Below, piece after piece: positions 19,968 through 27,608 of a stretch of DNA of 64,000 nucleotides (positions are counted from its first letter, which is position 1; the number at the start of each line of letters is the position of its first letter). This stretch comes from an uncultured Acidobacteriota bacterium (GTDB lineage Bacteria; Acidobacteriota; UBA6911). The notes under the pieces are model-generated. The model had not been told where the DNA came from, ran no database searches, and saw nothing but the letters and a program-made list of their open reading frames with translations. Made by a program: the position numbers and the translations under genes. Where the stretch lies: contig CAWEJX010000008.1 of NCBI GenBank assembly GCA_963809485.1, positions 448,001-512,000 on the forward strand, in the 5' to 3' direction.

Positions 19968-21062
19968 CTAGAAATTGATCAGCTCGATCTCGCGCGTATC
20001 CTTCACGTATTGCTGGTTGGTTTGCGGATAGCAATACTGCTTGCCTTCGAAGTTGCGCAGGATAATCTCCTTTTCGTCGAAATGCACAACGTAATCCGGC
20101 ATGAGCGGTATTTTCCCCCCTCCGCCCGGAGCGTCGATCACGAATTGAGGCACGGCGAACCCTGTCGTATAACCGCGCAGCGCCTGCATGATCTCCAGGC
20201 CCGTCTCCACCCGCGTCCGGAAGTGATTGGTCCCCCTCGTGAGATCCGCCTGGTACAGGTAGTAGGGGCGCACGCGCATCATGAGCAGCTTGTGCATCAG
20301 TTCCTTCAGAACGGCCGGGTCGTCGTTGACGCCCTTCATGAGAACCGTCTGGCAGCCGAGCGGTATCCCGGCGTTTGCCAGGCGTTCGCAGGCTTCCTTC
20401 GACTGGGCCGTGACTTCGCGCGGATGGTTGAAATGCGTGTTGATGAAAATAGGATGATACTTCTTGAGCATAGTGCACAGGGAGTCCGTGATGCGGCTCG
20501 GCAGCACGCAGGGGAACCTTGTCCCTATGCGAATGATCTCCACATGGCGGATGGCGCGCAGGCTGGAGATAATGCGCTCGAGTTTGCGGTCGCTCACCAT
20601 CAGCGGGTCACCGCCCGACAGCAGGACATCCCGTATTTCCGTGTGGCTCCGGATGTAGTCGATTCCCATGGCGATGGTCTTTTCGGAAATCGCGCTGGTC
20701 TGGCCCACCATTCGCTTGCGGGTGCAGAACCGGCAATACATCGGGCAGCGATCGGTGATCAGCAGCAGAACGCGATCGGGGTACCGATGCGTCAGCCGCG
20801 GAACCGGGCTGTCTTCTTCCTCGTGCAGCGGATCCTCGGGAGAGCTCTTGTCCATCAGTTCGTTTACGGACGCGACCGACTGCATCCAGATCGGGTCCCC
20901 CTTCTCCCGGATCAGGCTGTAATAGTACCGGGGAATTCTCATCGGGTACACGCTGCATACCGCGTCGATTTCCCCGGGGTCCGCCGCGTAATCCCCGGCG
21001 ATCACTTCGCCCTGCGTCACGCTGTTTCGCAAATCAATCGTCCACTGCTCCATTCGTTCCAT
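19968..21062 (-). CDS. KamA-family radical SAM aminomutase (lysine 2,3-aminomutase-like)
   Basis: HRYPDRVLL, CPMYCRFC, LSGGDPL, HFNHPRE and the PLP-lysine motif APGGGGKIP. Confidence 0.93.
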   Translation of the reverse strand: MERMEQWTIDLRNSVTQGEVIAGDYAADPGEIDAVCSVYPMRIPRYYYSLIREKGDPIWMQSVASVNELMDKSSPEDPLHEEEDSPVPRLTHRYPDRVLLLITDRCPMYCRFCTRKRMVGQTSAISEKTIAMGIDYIRSHTEIRDVLLSGGDPLMVSDRKLERIISSLRAIRHVEIIRIGTRFPCVLPSRITDSLCTMLKKYHPIFINTHFNHPREVTAQSKEACERLANAGIPLGCQTVLMKGVNDDPAVLKELMHKLLMMRVRPYYLYQADLTRGTNHFRTRVETGLEIMQALRGYTTGFAVPQFVIDAPGGGGKIPLMPDYVVHFDEKEIILRNFEGKQYCYPQTNQQYVKDTREIELINF

Positions 21063-21081
21063 GTGCGGACTTGTCTCCTTG

Positions 21082-21582
21082 TCAGGATAGCCTCTTCACT
21101 AATGTAAGCTTATCGTCCCCGACCTCGTAGAAATCTCCTGTTCTGTAAATTTCCCCATAGCCGAGACGGCGATAAAACTCAACGGTACTTGCGTAGGATA
21201 ATTTGGAGGAAGTCTCCACGGCCAGAAGCGGGAGTTTCTGCTCCAGCGCTTTGCCTTCCACGTAAGCCATCAACGCGCGCCCGGAACCCTGCCCTCTCGA
21301 GCCCGGGTGCGTCGCGATCCAGTAGAGATCGAAAGCTCCGCGTGTCAGCGGCACAGGCCCCCAGCACGCGTAGGCATGCACCTCAGACGCGCGATCCAGC
21401 GCCACGGCAACACGGTAATCCGTCTGCCTTTCGTCCGTGAGATAAATATCCGCCCGTTCCAGGGCGCACTCGATTTCCGTTTGGCTGAAGTTTCCCGCGG
21501 ACACGACGATATCGGCGACCGCGGCGCGGTCGGCCGGGATCATAGGCCGGATGAACACGGATGGGGGGTCGTCAGATTGCAT
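21082..21582 (-). CDS. GNAT-family N-acetyltransferase
   Basis: LYWIAT..SRGQGSGRALM acetyl-CoA motif and FYRRLGY. Confidence 0.9.
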   Translation of the reverse strand: MQSDDPPSVFIRPMIPADRAAVADIVVSAGNFSQTEIECALERADIYLTDERQTDYRVAVALDRASEVHAYACWGPVPLTRGAFDLYWIATHPGSRGQGSGRALMAYVEGKALEQKLPLLAVETSSKLSYASTVEFYRRLGYGEIYRTGDFYEVGDDKLTLVKRLS

Positions 21583-22615
21583 AAACGGCGGCGACTACCT
21601 TTGCGCCACGCTCCATGGCCGCTTGACTGATCCGCAGAATAATGTCGGCATAGGAATATCCGGCGGCGTTTGCGGCCCTTGCGAATCCAGCCCTGGGAGA
21701 AATGTCCGGATTCGGGTTGACTTCGAGTACATGAATACATCCGCGAGAGTCGGTACGCATATCGACGCGAGCGTAGTCCCGGCAACCGATACACTGATGG
21801 CTTCGAATGGCAATGTCCCTGATCCGCTTCTCGAGCCGTCTGGTGATATTCGCGGGACAGATCGGGACGGTGCAGCGGTACAGGGGGCTTTCTTCGTCCC
21901 ACTTGGCGCGATAGCTCACAATTTTCGGCTCATCCTCCGGCAGACCGGAAAAATCTATTTCGGAAATGGCCAGCACTTCGGGATTCTGATGACCCACGAC
22001 CGAAACGTTGAATTCCCTGCCGTCCAGGTATTCCTCGACGAGGGCCTCCTGCTCGTAGATATCGTGGATGTACCGGATCTGTTTCTGGAGCTGCTCCGGA
22101 TTGCGGCAGACAGAGTGGCTGTTGATTCCCAGGCTGGCGTCCTGGCGCGAAGGCTTGACGATCATGGGGAAGCGCATGCCGCGCGGGATCGTGAGCTTCT
22201 GCCCCGGATAGCGCACATACCCGCGGGGCGTCGGGATCCCGGCAGACCTCAGAATCTGCTTGACGTGAAATTTGTTCAGGGCAAGCCCCAAGGCAAAGGG
22301 ATCCGAACCCGTGTACGGGATGCCCATCAATTCCAGAAGGCCCGCCATGCACATCTCCAGCTCGCATTTTCCATTGAGCTCTTCGCAGAGATTGAAGACA
22401 AACTTGGGCGCGATTTCTTTGAGAGTCTCGATCAGTTCCCTGGAGAAGCAATCGACGGACAGAACGTAGGGACGGAATCCGCGGCCTCTCAGACTCTCCT
22501 CGATAGCCCCCACTTCCTCGCGCAGGATGTTGGCGGGATAGATAATCTCCTCGCAGGCATTGCGATCCGAGATGATAGCCGCGTTGTAGAGAACGACACA
22601 GTCGTAGGATTCCAT
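21572..22615 (-). CDS. D-Ala-D-Ala ligase-like ATP-grasp protein 2
   Basis: VFNLCE, GIPYTGSD, KPSRQDASLGI, YARVDMR, EVNPNPD. Confidence 0.9.
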   Translation of the reverse strand: MESYDCVVLYNAAIISDRNACEEIIYPANILREEVGAIEESLRGRGFRPYVLSVDCFSRELIETLKEIAPKFVFNLCEELNGKCELEMCMAGLLELMGIPYTGSDPFALGLALNKFHVKQILRSAGIPTPRGYVRYPGQKLTIPRGMRFPMIVKPSRQDASLGINSHSVCRNPEQLQKQIRYIHDIYEQEALVEEYLDGREFNVSVVGHQNPEVLAISEIDFSGLPEDEPKIVSYRAKWDEESPLYRCTVPICPANITRRLEKRIRDIAIRSHQCIGCRDYARVDMRTDSRGCIHVLEVNPNPDISPRAGFARAANAAGYSYADIILRISQAAMERGAKVVAAVYAI

Positions 22616-23640
22616 CACGCCAACCCGTGTCGCCTGCAGGCGATGTCCAAGACCGAGTTGATCAGCCGGTTGTAGCTCATACCCGCCGCGCGGGCGGCTT
22701 TCGGAAAACAGGAGTTGTCCTCCGGGCGCGGAAGGATGCCCGGCAGAGGGTTCAGTTCCATGATATGCGGCCGCCCCGCCGCGTCCAGGCGGACATCGAC
22801 GCGGCACCAGTCGCGGCACCTCAAGATCGAGTAGGCGCGCAGGGAGGCGTCTTCTATTTCGGCCCGCAGCCCGTCGCTCAGGCGGGCCGGGCACTCGAAT
22901 ATCTTCAGGGGATTGGCGCTCTGATCCCAAATCCACTTGGCTTCGTACGAATAAATGGGATGGACGCCCGCCGGAAGAGAGTCGAATAGAATCTCCACGA
23001 TCGGAAGAACGCGCACTTCGCTTCCGTTTCCCAGGATGGCGACCGTGAATTCCCGGCCCGGAAGGAATTCCTCGACAAGAGCGGGTTCATGATAATTGTC
23101 GAGCAGCCACAGGACGCGCTCCTGCATCTCCCGCCGCGTATTCACGAGCGAGTTGTCGCGGATCCCCATGCTGGAGCCTTCGTACAACGGCTTCACCATC
23201 AACGGGTAGTGAAGGCTGTTGAAGGACACATCGCGGTCTCTCACAACCCGGAAGCGCGATGTCGGGATGCCGTAATAGGAGAGGATTTCCTTGGTCCTGG
23301 ATTTGTCCAGGCAGATGTTCAGGGTGAGGGGATCGCTGGCGGTATAGGGAATCCCGAGATGCTCCAGTATGGACGGGATATATCCTTCCCTGCAAGGGCC
23401 GGAAGAACCTTCCGCAATATTAAACACGATATCAGGCCGGGTCTTCTCCAGGAGGTCGTAGGCATCGTCGGCGGCGTCGATCCGGATGACCTCGTGCCGC
23501 TCTTCCAACGCGCTTTGAACCGCAAAAATGGTTTCCGGGGCATCCCACTCCGCCTGAACGTCCGACCGGCCGCTACTCGGGGGCTCCGATGAATCTTCGG
23601 CGTCACCCCTTTTCATATTAAAAGTTAGCCCAACTCTCAT
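22615..23640 (-). CDS. D-Ala-D-Ala ligase-like ATP-grasp protein 1
   Basis: VFNIAEG, KPLYEGSSMGI, EEFLPGREF, RVDVRL, ELNPLPG; TGATG coupling to the next gene. Confidence 0.9.
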   Translation of the reverse strand: MRVGLTFNMKRGDAEDSSEPPSSGRSDVQAEWDAPETIFAVQSALEERHEVIRIDAADDAYDLLEKTRPDIVFNIAEGSSGPCREGYIPSILEHLGIPYTASDPLTLNICLDKSRTKEILSYYGIPTSRFRVVRDRDVSFNSLHYPLMVKPLYEGSSMGIRDNSLVNTRREMQERVLWLLDNYHEPALVEEFLPGREFTVAILGNGSEVRVLPIVEILFDSLPAGVHPIYSYEAKWIWDQSANPLKIFECPARLSDGLRAEIEDASLRAYSILRCRDWCRVDVRLDAAGRPHIMELNPLPGILPRPEDNSCFPKAARAAGMSYNRLINSVLDIACRRHGLA

Positions 23641-23662
23641 CGAACCCGACCTTTCGCAACCT

Positions 23663-23691
23663 GATATAAGGGAATCGCAATTCCTTGTCAA
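23663..23691 (-). promoter_or_regulatory. Putative sigma70 promoter of the ATP-grasp/KamA operon with a palindrome in the spacer
   Basis: TTGACA-17 bp-TATATC; the spacer contains GGAAT-TGCG-ATTCC. Confidence 0.5.
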
Positions 23692-23844
23692 GAATTTTTT
23701 CAAATTTTATACAAGATAATGGGGCAAAATCTTCTTTGAATACAAAATCTAGGGGGTAACTTGTGACACATAATCCGCTTTCCGCCCACAAGCAAGAATC
23801 AGGCCAATCCCCTCCCGGAGCCGCGCAAAACGGCCGTTTGGCAT

Positions 23845-24132
23845 AATTCGAGGCTCGAAAGTTAAGATTCGAAATTGGTTTTCATAATTAATCAAACGCC
23901 GGCTGGGGGGCAAAAACACTAGGGCGCGTGCCGGACGAGCCGACCGCGCTGTCTGCAAAATGGTTTAGGAAATTGGATCAATTACGAAAGGGCTCGCGGG
24001 AAGGCGCAGCATTTCAAAGATTCTAAAATCGAAATTGGACATTCGAAATTTGATAAAGAAATTCCGGCCTGAGGGATTCCATGGCGTCCCTCCCCCCATT
24101 AAAATTTTTTTTTGCGGAACCTGAATTTCGAA
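23845..24132. repeat. Degenerate 7-mer repeat tract (unit ~TTCGAAA/ATTCGAA)
   Basis: attcgaggctcgaaagttaagattcgaaatt; atttcaaagattctaaaatcgaaattggacattcgaaattt. Confidence 0.45.
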
Positions 24133-24197
24133 GCCCGGGCCCCGTTCCTCAGGTATAATGACGCACCACATATGCGGGACTTGAGGAGTTTTGAAAG

Positions 24198-24716
24198 ATG
24201 ATGGCCCCGGAACACGGCAGCGGAATTTATGCGCGCTTCCTGCTGGCCGCAGCGTGGGGCATCCTCTGCCTGTCCTTCACGGCCGCGCCGGTCCTTGCAG
24301 CGCATGCCTTCGATAGGACCGCGGCGGTCCTTTACCTTTTCTTTTCCTTTATCTGCCATCAGATTCCGGAACGCTCGTTCCTGGTTTGCGGACACACGCT
24401 GGCCGTATGCCATCGATGTTCCGGCATCTATCTCGGTCTTTTCCTGGCAGCGCCTATCGATCTTTCCTTTATCCATAAATCACCGCGCGTCCGGAGGTGT
24501 TGGGTTCTGGCCGCGACGGTTCCGCTCGTGCTCGATGCGCTTCTGCCCTGCGTCGGGCTCTGGCACAGCGGCGATCTCAGCCGCTTTCTGACGGGCATGC
24601 TGTTCGGGACCGCGGCCGCGCCGCTGCTGGTGCGCGGCGTGACGGAGCTTTTGCAGGAAGCCCCATGGCGGCGCTTCCCGCTCCGCAACCTGTCTTTCAA
24701 GGGAGGCCTTTCATGA
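24198..24716 (+). CDS. DUF2085-like membrane protein
   Basis: ICHQIPERSF...VCHRCSGIYLG motif and several TM helices. Confidence 0.8.
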   Translation: MMAPEHGSGIYARFLLAAAWGILCLSFTAAPVLAAHAFDRTAAVLYLFFSFICHQIPERSFLVCGHTLAVCHRCSGIYLGLFLAAPIDLSFIHKSPRVRRCWVLAATVPLVLDALLPCVGLWHSGDLSRFLTGMLFGTAAAPLLVRGVTELLQEAPWRRFPLRNLSFKGGLS

Positions 24717-25276
24717 ACGACGCAGGAATGCTCAAGCCGGCCTTAATCGGCGGAGTTCTCCTTGGTATCCTTTCCGCTCTGCCCGTTATCAGTCTCTTCA
24801 ATTGCCTCTGCTGCGCCTGGGTCATCGGGGGCGGGATACTCGCGGCCTATCTCTACGTGAAAGACTCTCCCGTCGCCGTGACGCTGGGACGCGGGGTGGC
24901 CCTCGGCCTGATGACGGGCATCATCGGCACGATCGTCAGCGGGCTGTTCATGGTGCCCCTGTTCATGCTCTGGAACCGGGGAGGCGTCGGCATCATGGAA
25001 CAGGTCCGGGAAGCTCTCGAACGGATTCCCAACCTCCCGCCCGAGGCAGAAGAATCAATCCGTGCCTTGTCGGAAAGGGGAGGCATGGACGTCTTCTTTT
25101 TCGCCACCAGCCTGATTTTCATGCTGGGGACCTATTGCCTGGTAGCCATGCTGGGAGGCGCGATAGGAGTGGCGATCTTTGAGAGGCGAAAATCGAATTC
25201 AGCGCCGGGCCATGGGACCCCGCCGCCGTCGGAACCCCCGGTAAATATTCCCCCTCCCCCGCCGCCGGATGTATAA
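24713..25276 (+). CDS. Hypothetical membrane protein
   Basis: ATGA-coupled to the upstream gene with a GGAGG RBS; 4 TM helices, CLCC motif, Pro-rich tail. Confidence 0.8.
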   Translation: MNDAGMLKPALIGGVLLGILSALPVISLFNCLCCAWVIGGGILAAYLYVKDSPVAVTLGRGVALGLMTGIIGTIVSGLFMVPLFMLWNRGGVGIMEQVREALERIPNLPPEAEESIRALSERGGMDVFFFATSLIFMLGTYCLVAMLGGAIGVAIFERRKSNSAPGHGTPPPSEPPVNIPPPPPPDV

Positions 25277-25297
25277 AAGATACTCCGAAATCCTGAT

Positions 25298-25654
25298 TTT
25301 CGTGAGGACGGGTCCGTAAAGACTGTCTCAAAACTGCCGACGAGAATCTCGCTATAGTCGTTTTGGGACCGACTCTGGGGGTCCGCCCATAAATTTTAAC
25401 GCTGAGAAACGCTGATAAAAGCGCTGATAAACGCCGATTTGTCGGCGAAGGTCGGCGTAACTCCTCCAACCGCTTTGAGCGGTACAAATCCTTCAAGCCT
25501 CCAGCTTTGCCGGAGGCACCTGAAATAAATATTATTTTCCCGGCATTTTTTATTGGTTGGGTAAGGACGGCCCTCCGGAAACTTTCTCAAAACTGCCCGC
25601 GAGGATCACACGACAGTCGTTTGAGACGGTCTCTGAAGACCCGTCCTCACGAAA
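25298..25654. mobile_element. Composite of two MITE-B units (GTCTCAAAA...TTTTGAGAC-like IRs) flanking a partial MITE-A
   Basis: Outer 17-bp perfect IR TTTCGTGAGGACGGGTC / GACCCGTCCTCACGAAA. MITE-B cores at ~25321-25375 and ~25580-25634. MITE-A interior and right end at 25393-25523. Confidence 0.7.
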
Positions 25655-25733
25655 CATTATTCCTATCGGGCGGATCAGGAGAGCCGTGCTCACTAAAAGA
25701 ACTCCTAAAAGATGTTCCTGAAATTCGGGCTCT

Positions 25734-26660
25734 TTATTCGCAGGGCAGTGGCGCATCCGACCCGGGATTCTGCCGGCGGCCCGCCCAATTTTCATATTCA
25801 ATCTGGATCGTCGTGTGCGCAAAGCGGTATTTCTCCCTCATGATACGGCTCAACTCGGCCAGGGCCGGTCCTGCATCCACTCCTTCCTTCAGCACGACGT
25901 GGCAGCTCATCGCGGTTGTTTCCGGCGTAATGGACCAAACGTGAAGGTCGTGAACCGAAACCACTCCGTGCATGGAACCGAGGTCTCTCAAAATGTGCTG
26001 AATTTTCATGTGGCGCGGCGTGCCCTCGAGCAGGACGTCCACGCTCTCTCTCACCAGTTCCCAGGAACTGTACAGCACCAGCATTCCCACCAGGGTCGAC
26101 ACGACCGGGTCCGCCAGATACCATTGCCGCAGCAGCATCATGAGTCCGGCGATGATCACCCCGATGGACCCCAGGGTGTCTCCCAGCACATGAAGAAAGG
26201 CGCCTCTCAGATTCAGGCTCTCCAGCCGGCTGCCGTATAGCAGCCGCGCCGTAACCAGGTTGGCCAGAAGGCCGGCGACCGCCACAGCCAGCATCGGGCC
26301 GCTCTTCACCTCCGGCGGCGCCAGGAAGCGCCGGTAAGATTCATAGAAAATGTAAAGCCCGATCAGTATGAGGAATATTCCATTGGCGAGGGCGGCCAGA
26401 ATCTCCGCGCGCAGCCACCCGTAAGTCTTTTCATGCGTCGCCGGACGCGCGGAAATCTTGAGGGCAAAAAGGCTCAGACCGAGCGCGGCAAGGTCCGTCA
26501 GCATATGCGCAGCGTCGGCCAGCAAGGCCAGACTGTTCGCATAAATCCCCCCCGCCAGCTCGATGATGAACCAGGTTCCGGTGATGGCCAGCGCCTGCAC
26601 CAGCCGCCTTTGTCCATTATGTTTCTGTTCGATATGCGAACTATGATGGCTCATGTCCAT
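25734..26660 (-). CDS. czcD: Cation diffusion facilitator (CzcD/ZitB-like Zn/Co/Cd efflux)
   Basis: SLALLADAAHMLTD, LHVLGD, HDLHVW, HTTIQIE. Confidence 0.92.
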   Translation of the reverse strand: MDMSHHSSHIEQKHNGQRRLVQALAITGTWFIIELAGGIYANSLALLADAAHMLTDLAALGLSLFALKISARPATHEKTYGWLRAEILAALANGIFLILIGLYIFYESYRRFLAPPEVKSGPMLAVAVAGLLANLVTARLLYGSRLESLNLRGAFLHVLGDTLGSIGVIIAGLMMLLRQWYLADPVVSTLVGMLVLYSSWELVRESVDVLLEGTPRHMKIQHILRDLGSMHGVVSVHDLHVWSITPETTAMSCHVVLKEGVDAGPALAELSRIMREKYRFAHTTIQIEYENWAGRRQNPGSDAPLPCE

Positions 26661-26676
26661 GCAAGGGAGCGGAGAA

Positions 26677-26761
26677 AATTACGAATTACGAATGACGAAT
26701 TACGAATGAAAACAAGCATCGAATGTTTCAATTCGTCATTCGTAATTCGTATTTCGTAATT
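26677..26761. repeat. 7-mer repeat hairpin (unit ATTACGA/ATGACGA)
   Basis: aattacgaattacgaatgacgaattacgaatga-loop-attcgtcattcgtaattcgtatttcgtaatt. Confidence 0.9.
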
Positions 26762-27222
26762 CATTTGGCGGCTTGTTTACGGGCGAATTCGCCGATAAAC
26801 GGGATCATGTAGCGTTCCCTGCTATAGGCTTTATACATCAGGAACAGCCAATAACAGAAAATCGCCAGGCTGATCAATTTGCTGATCATGTTAAGGATCG
26901 GCCAGAGAAATCCGAAGGGGAAGAATATGCCCCAGATGACGCTGTTCCAGATCGCCCAGAAAACCATTGCGACAATAGTGAAGAAGATGGACTGAAACGC
27001 GTGAAAACGCACAAACGAATCACGCTTGTAGGGCTCCATCGCCAGAAAAAGGATCCCGGTGATGAGCCACAGCAGATAGCACAGCGCCGCAGCCACGTGG
27101 GAGGTCATGCCGGCCCCGGAAGCCGGTTCGCGGCCGCCGGCAGCCGAAACGGGAGATCCGCAAACGGTGCAAAAGACAGCGCCCTCCGCAAGAACCGAAC
27201 CGCATTTCGTGCAAGCCGCCAT
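26761..27222 (-). CDS. Zinc-ribbon + DUF4870-like membrane protein
   Basis: CTKCG...FCTVCG, then AALCYLL...FVRFHAFQS...YMIPFIG. Confidence 0.85.
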   Translation of the reverse strand: MAACTKCGSVLAEGAVFCTVCGSPVSAAGGREPASGAGMTSHVAAALCYLLWLITGILFLAMEPYKRDSFVRFHAFQSIFFTIVAMVFWAIWNSVIWGIFFPFGFLWPILNMISKLISLAIFCYWLFLMYKAYSRERYMIPFIGEFARKQAAK

Positions 27223-27332
27223 TCTATTCCCTCCTGATATCGTGTTTGACAATGCAATAGCACACTCGCCCCTGTGAACTCAATGAATAAGAAAATTCAT
27301 CATTCGGGATTCGTCATTCCCCGATGGAACGA

Positions 27333-27400
27333 GTCAGGTACCTCCGGCAAAGATGGAAGCTTTGCGGTTGCCGGCCTCTCGAGGCGGTCTGATCTCAACC
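27333..27400 (-). mobile_element. Degenerate isolated right end of an IS200-type element
   Basis: gtcaggtacctccggcaaag matches the MITE-A right end; the rest is diverged. Confidence 0.55.
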
Positions 27401-27451
27401 GATAAAGGATTAAACCGATTCCAACCGCAAAAAACATCTGAAAAGCCTTTT

Positions 27452-27538
27452 GAACCGCAGAATGTCGAATAATGAATGATGAATTTCGAGGTCATAACTT
27501 CTGCGGTTTGATATTCGACATTCGATATTCGATATTCA
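27452..27538. repeat. 7-mer repeat hairpin (unit TCGAATA/TATTCGA) with a CCGCAGAA/TTCTGCGG inner IR
   Basis: aaccgcagaatgtcgaataatgaatgatgaa ... ttctgcggtttgatattcgacattcgatattcgatattc. Confidence 0.7.
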
Positions 27539-27608
27539 AAGCTGATACTGCCTCACCAGCAGAGCCGGTGGATCGCCCATTGGATTCAACAATTCCCGAC
27601 AGAACGAA

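Noticed and set aside
19968-21062. KamA homolog as EF-P modification enzyme EpmB
   Set aside because: No efp or epmA nearby; it is coupled to GNAT and ATP-grasp genes instead.
21572-23640. Calling the ATP-grasp genes ddl
   Set aside because: They lack the N-terminal Ddl signature and are not in a mur/dcw cluster.
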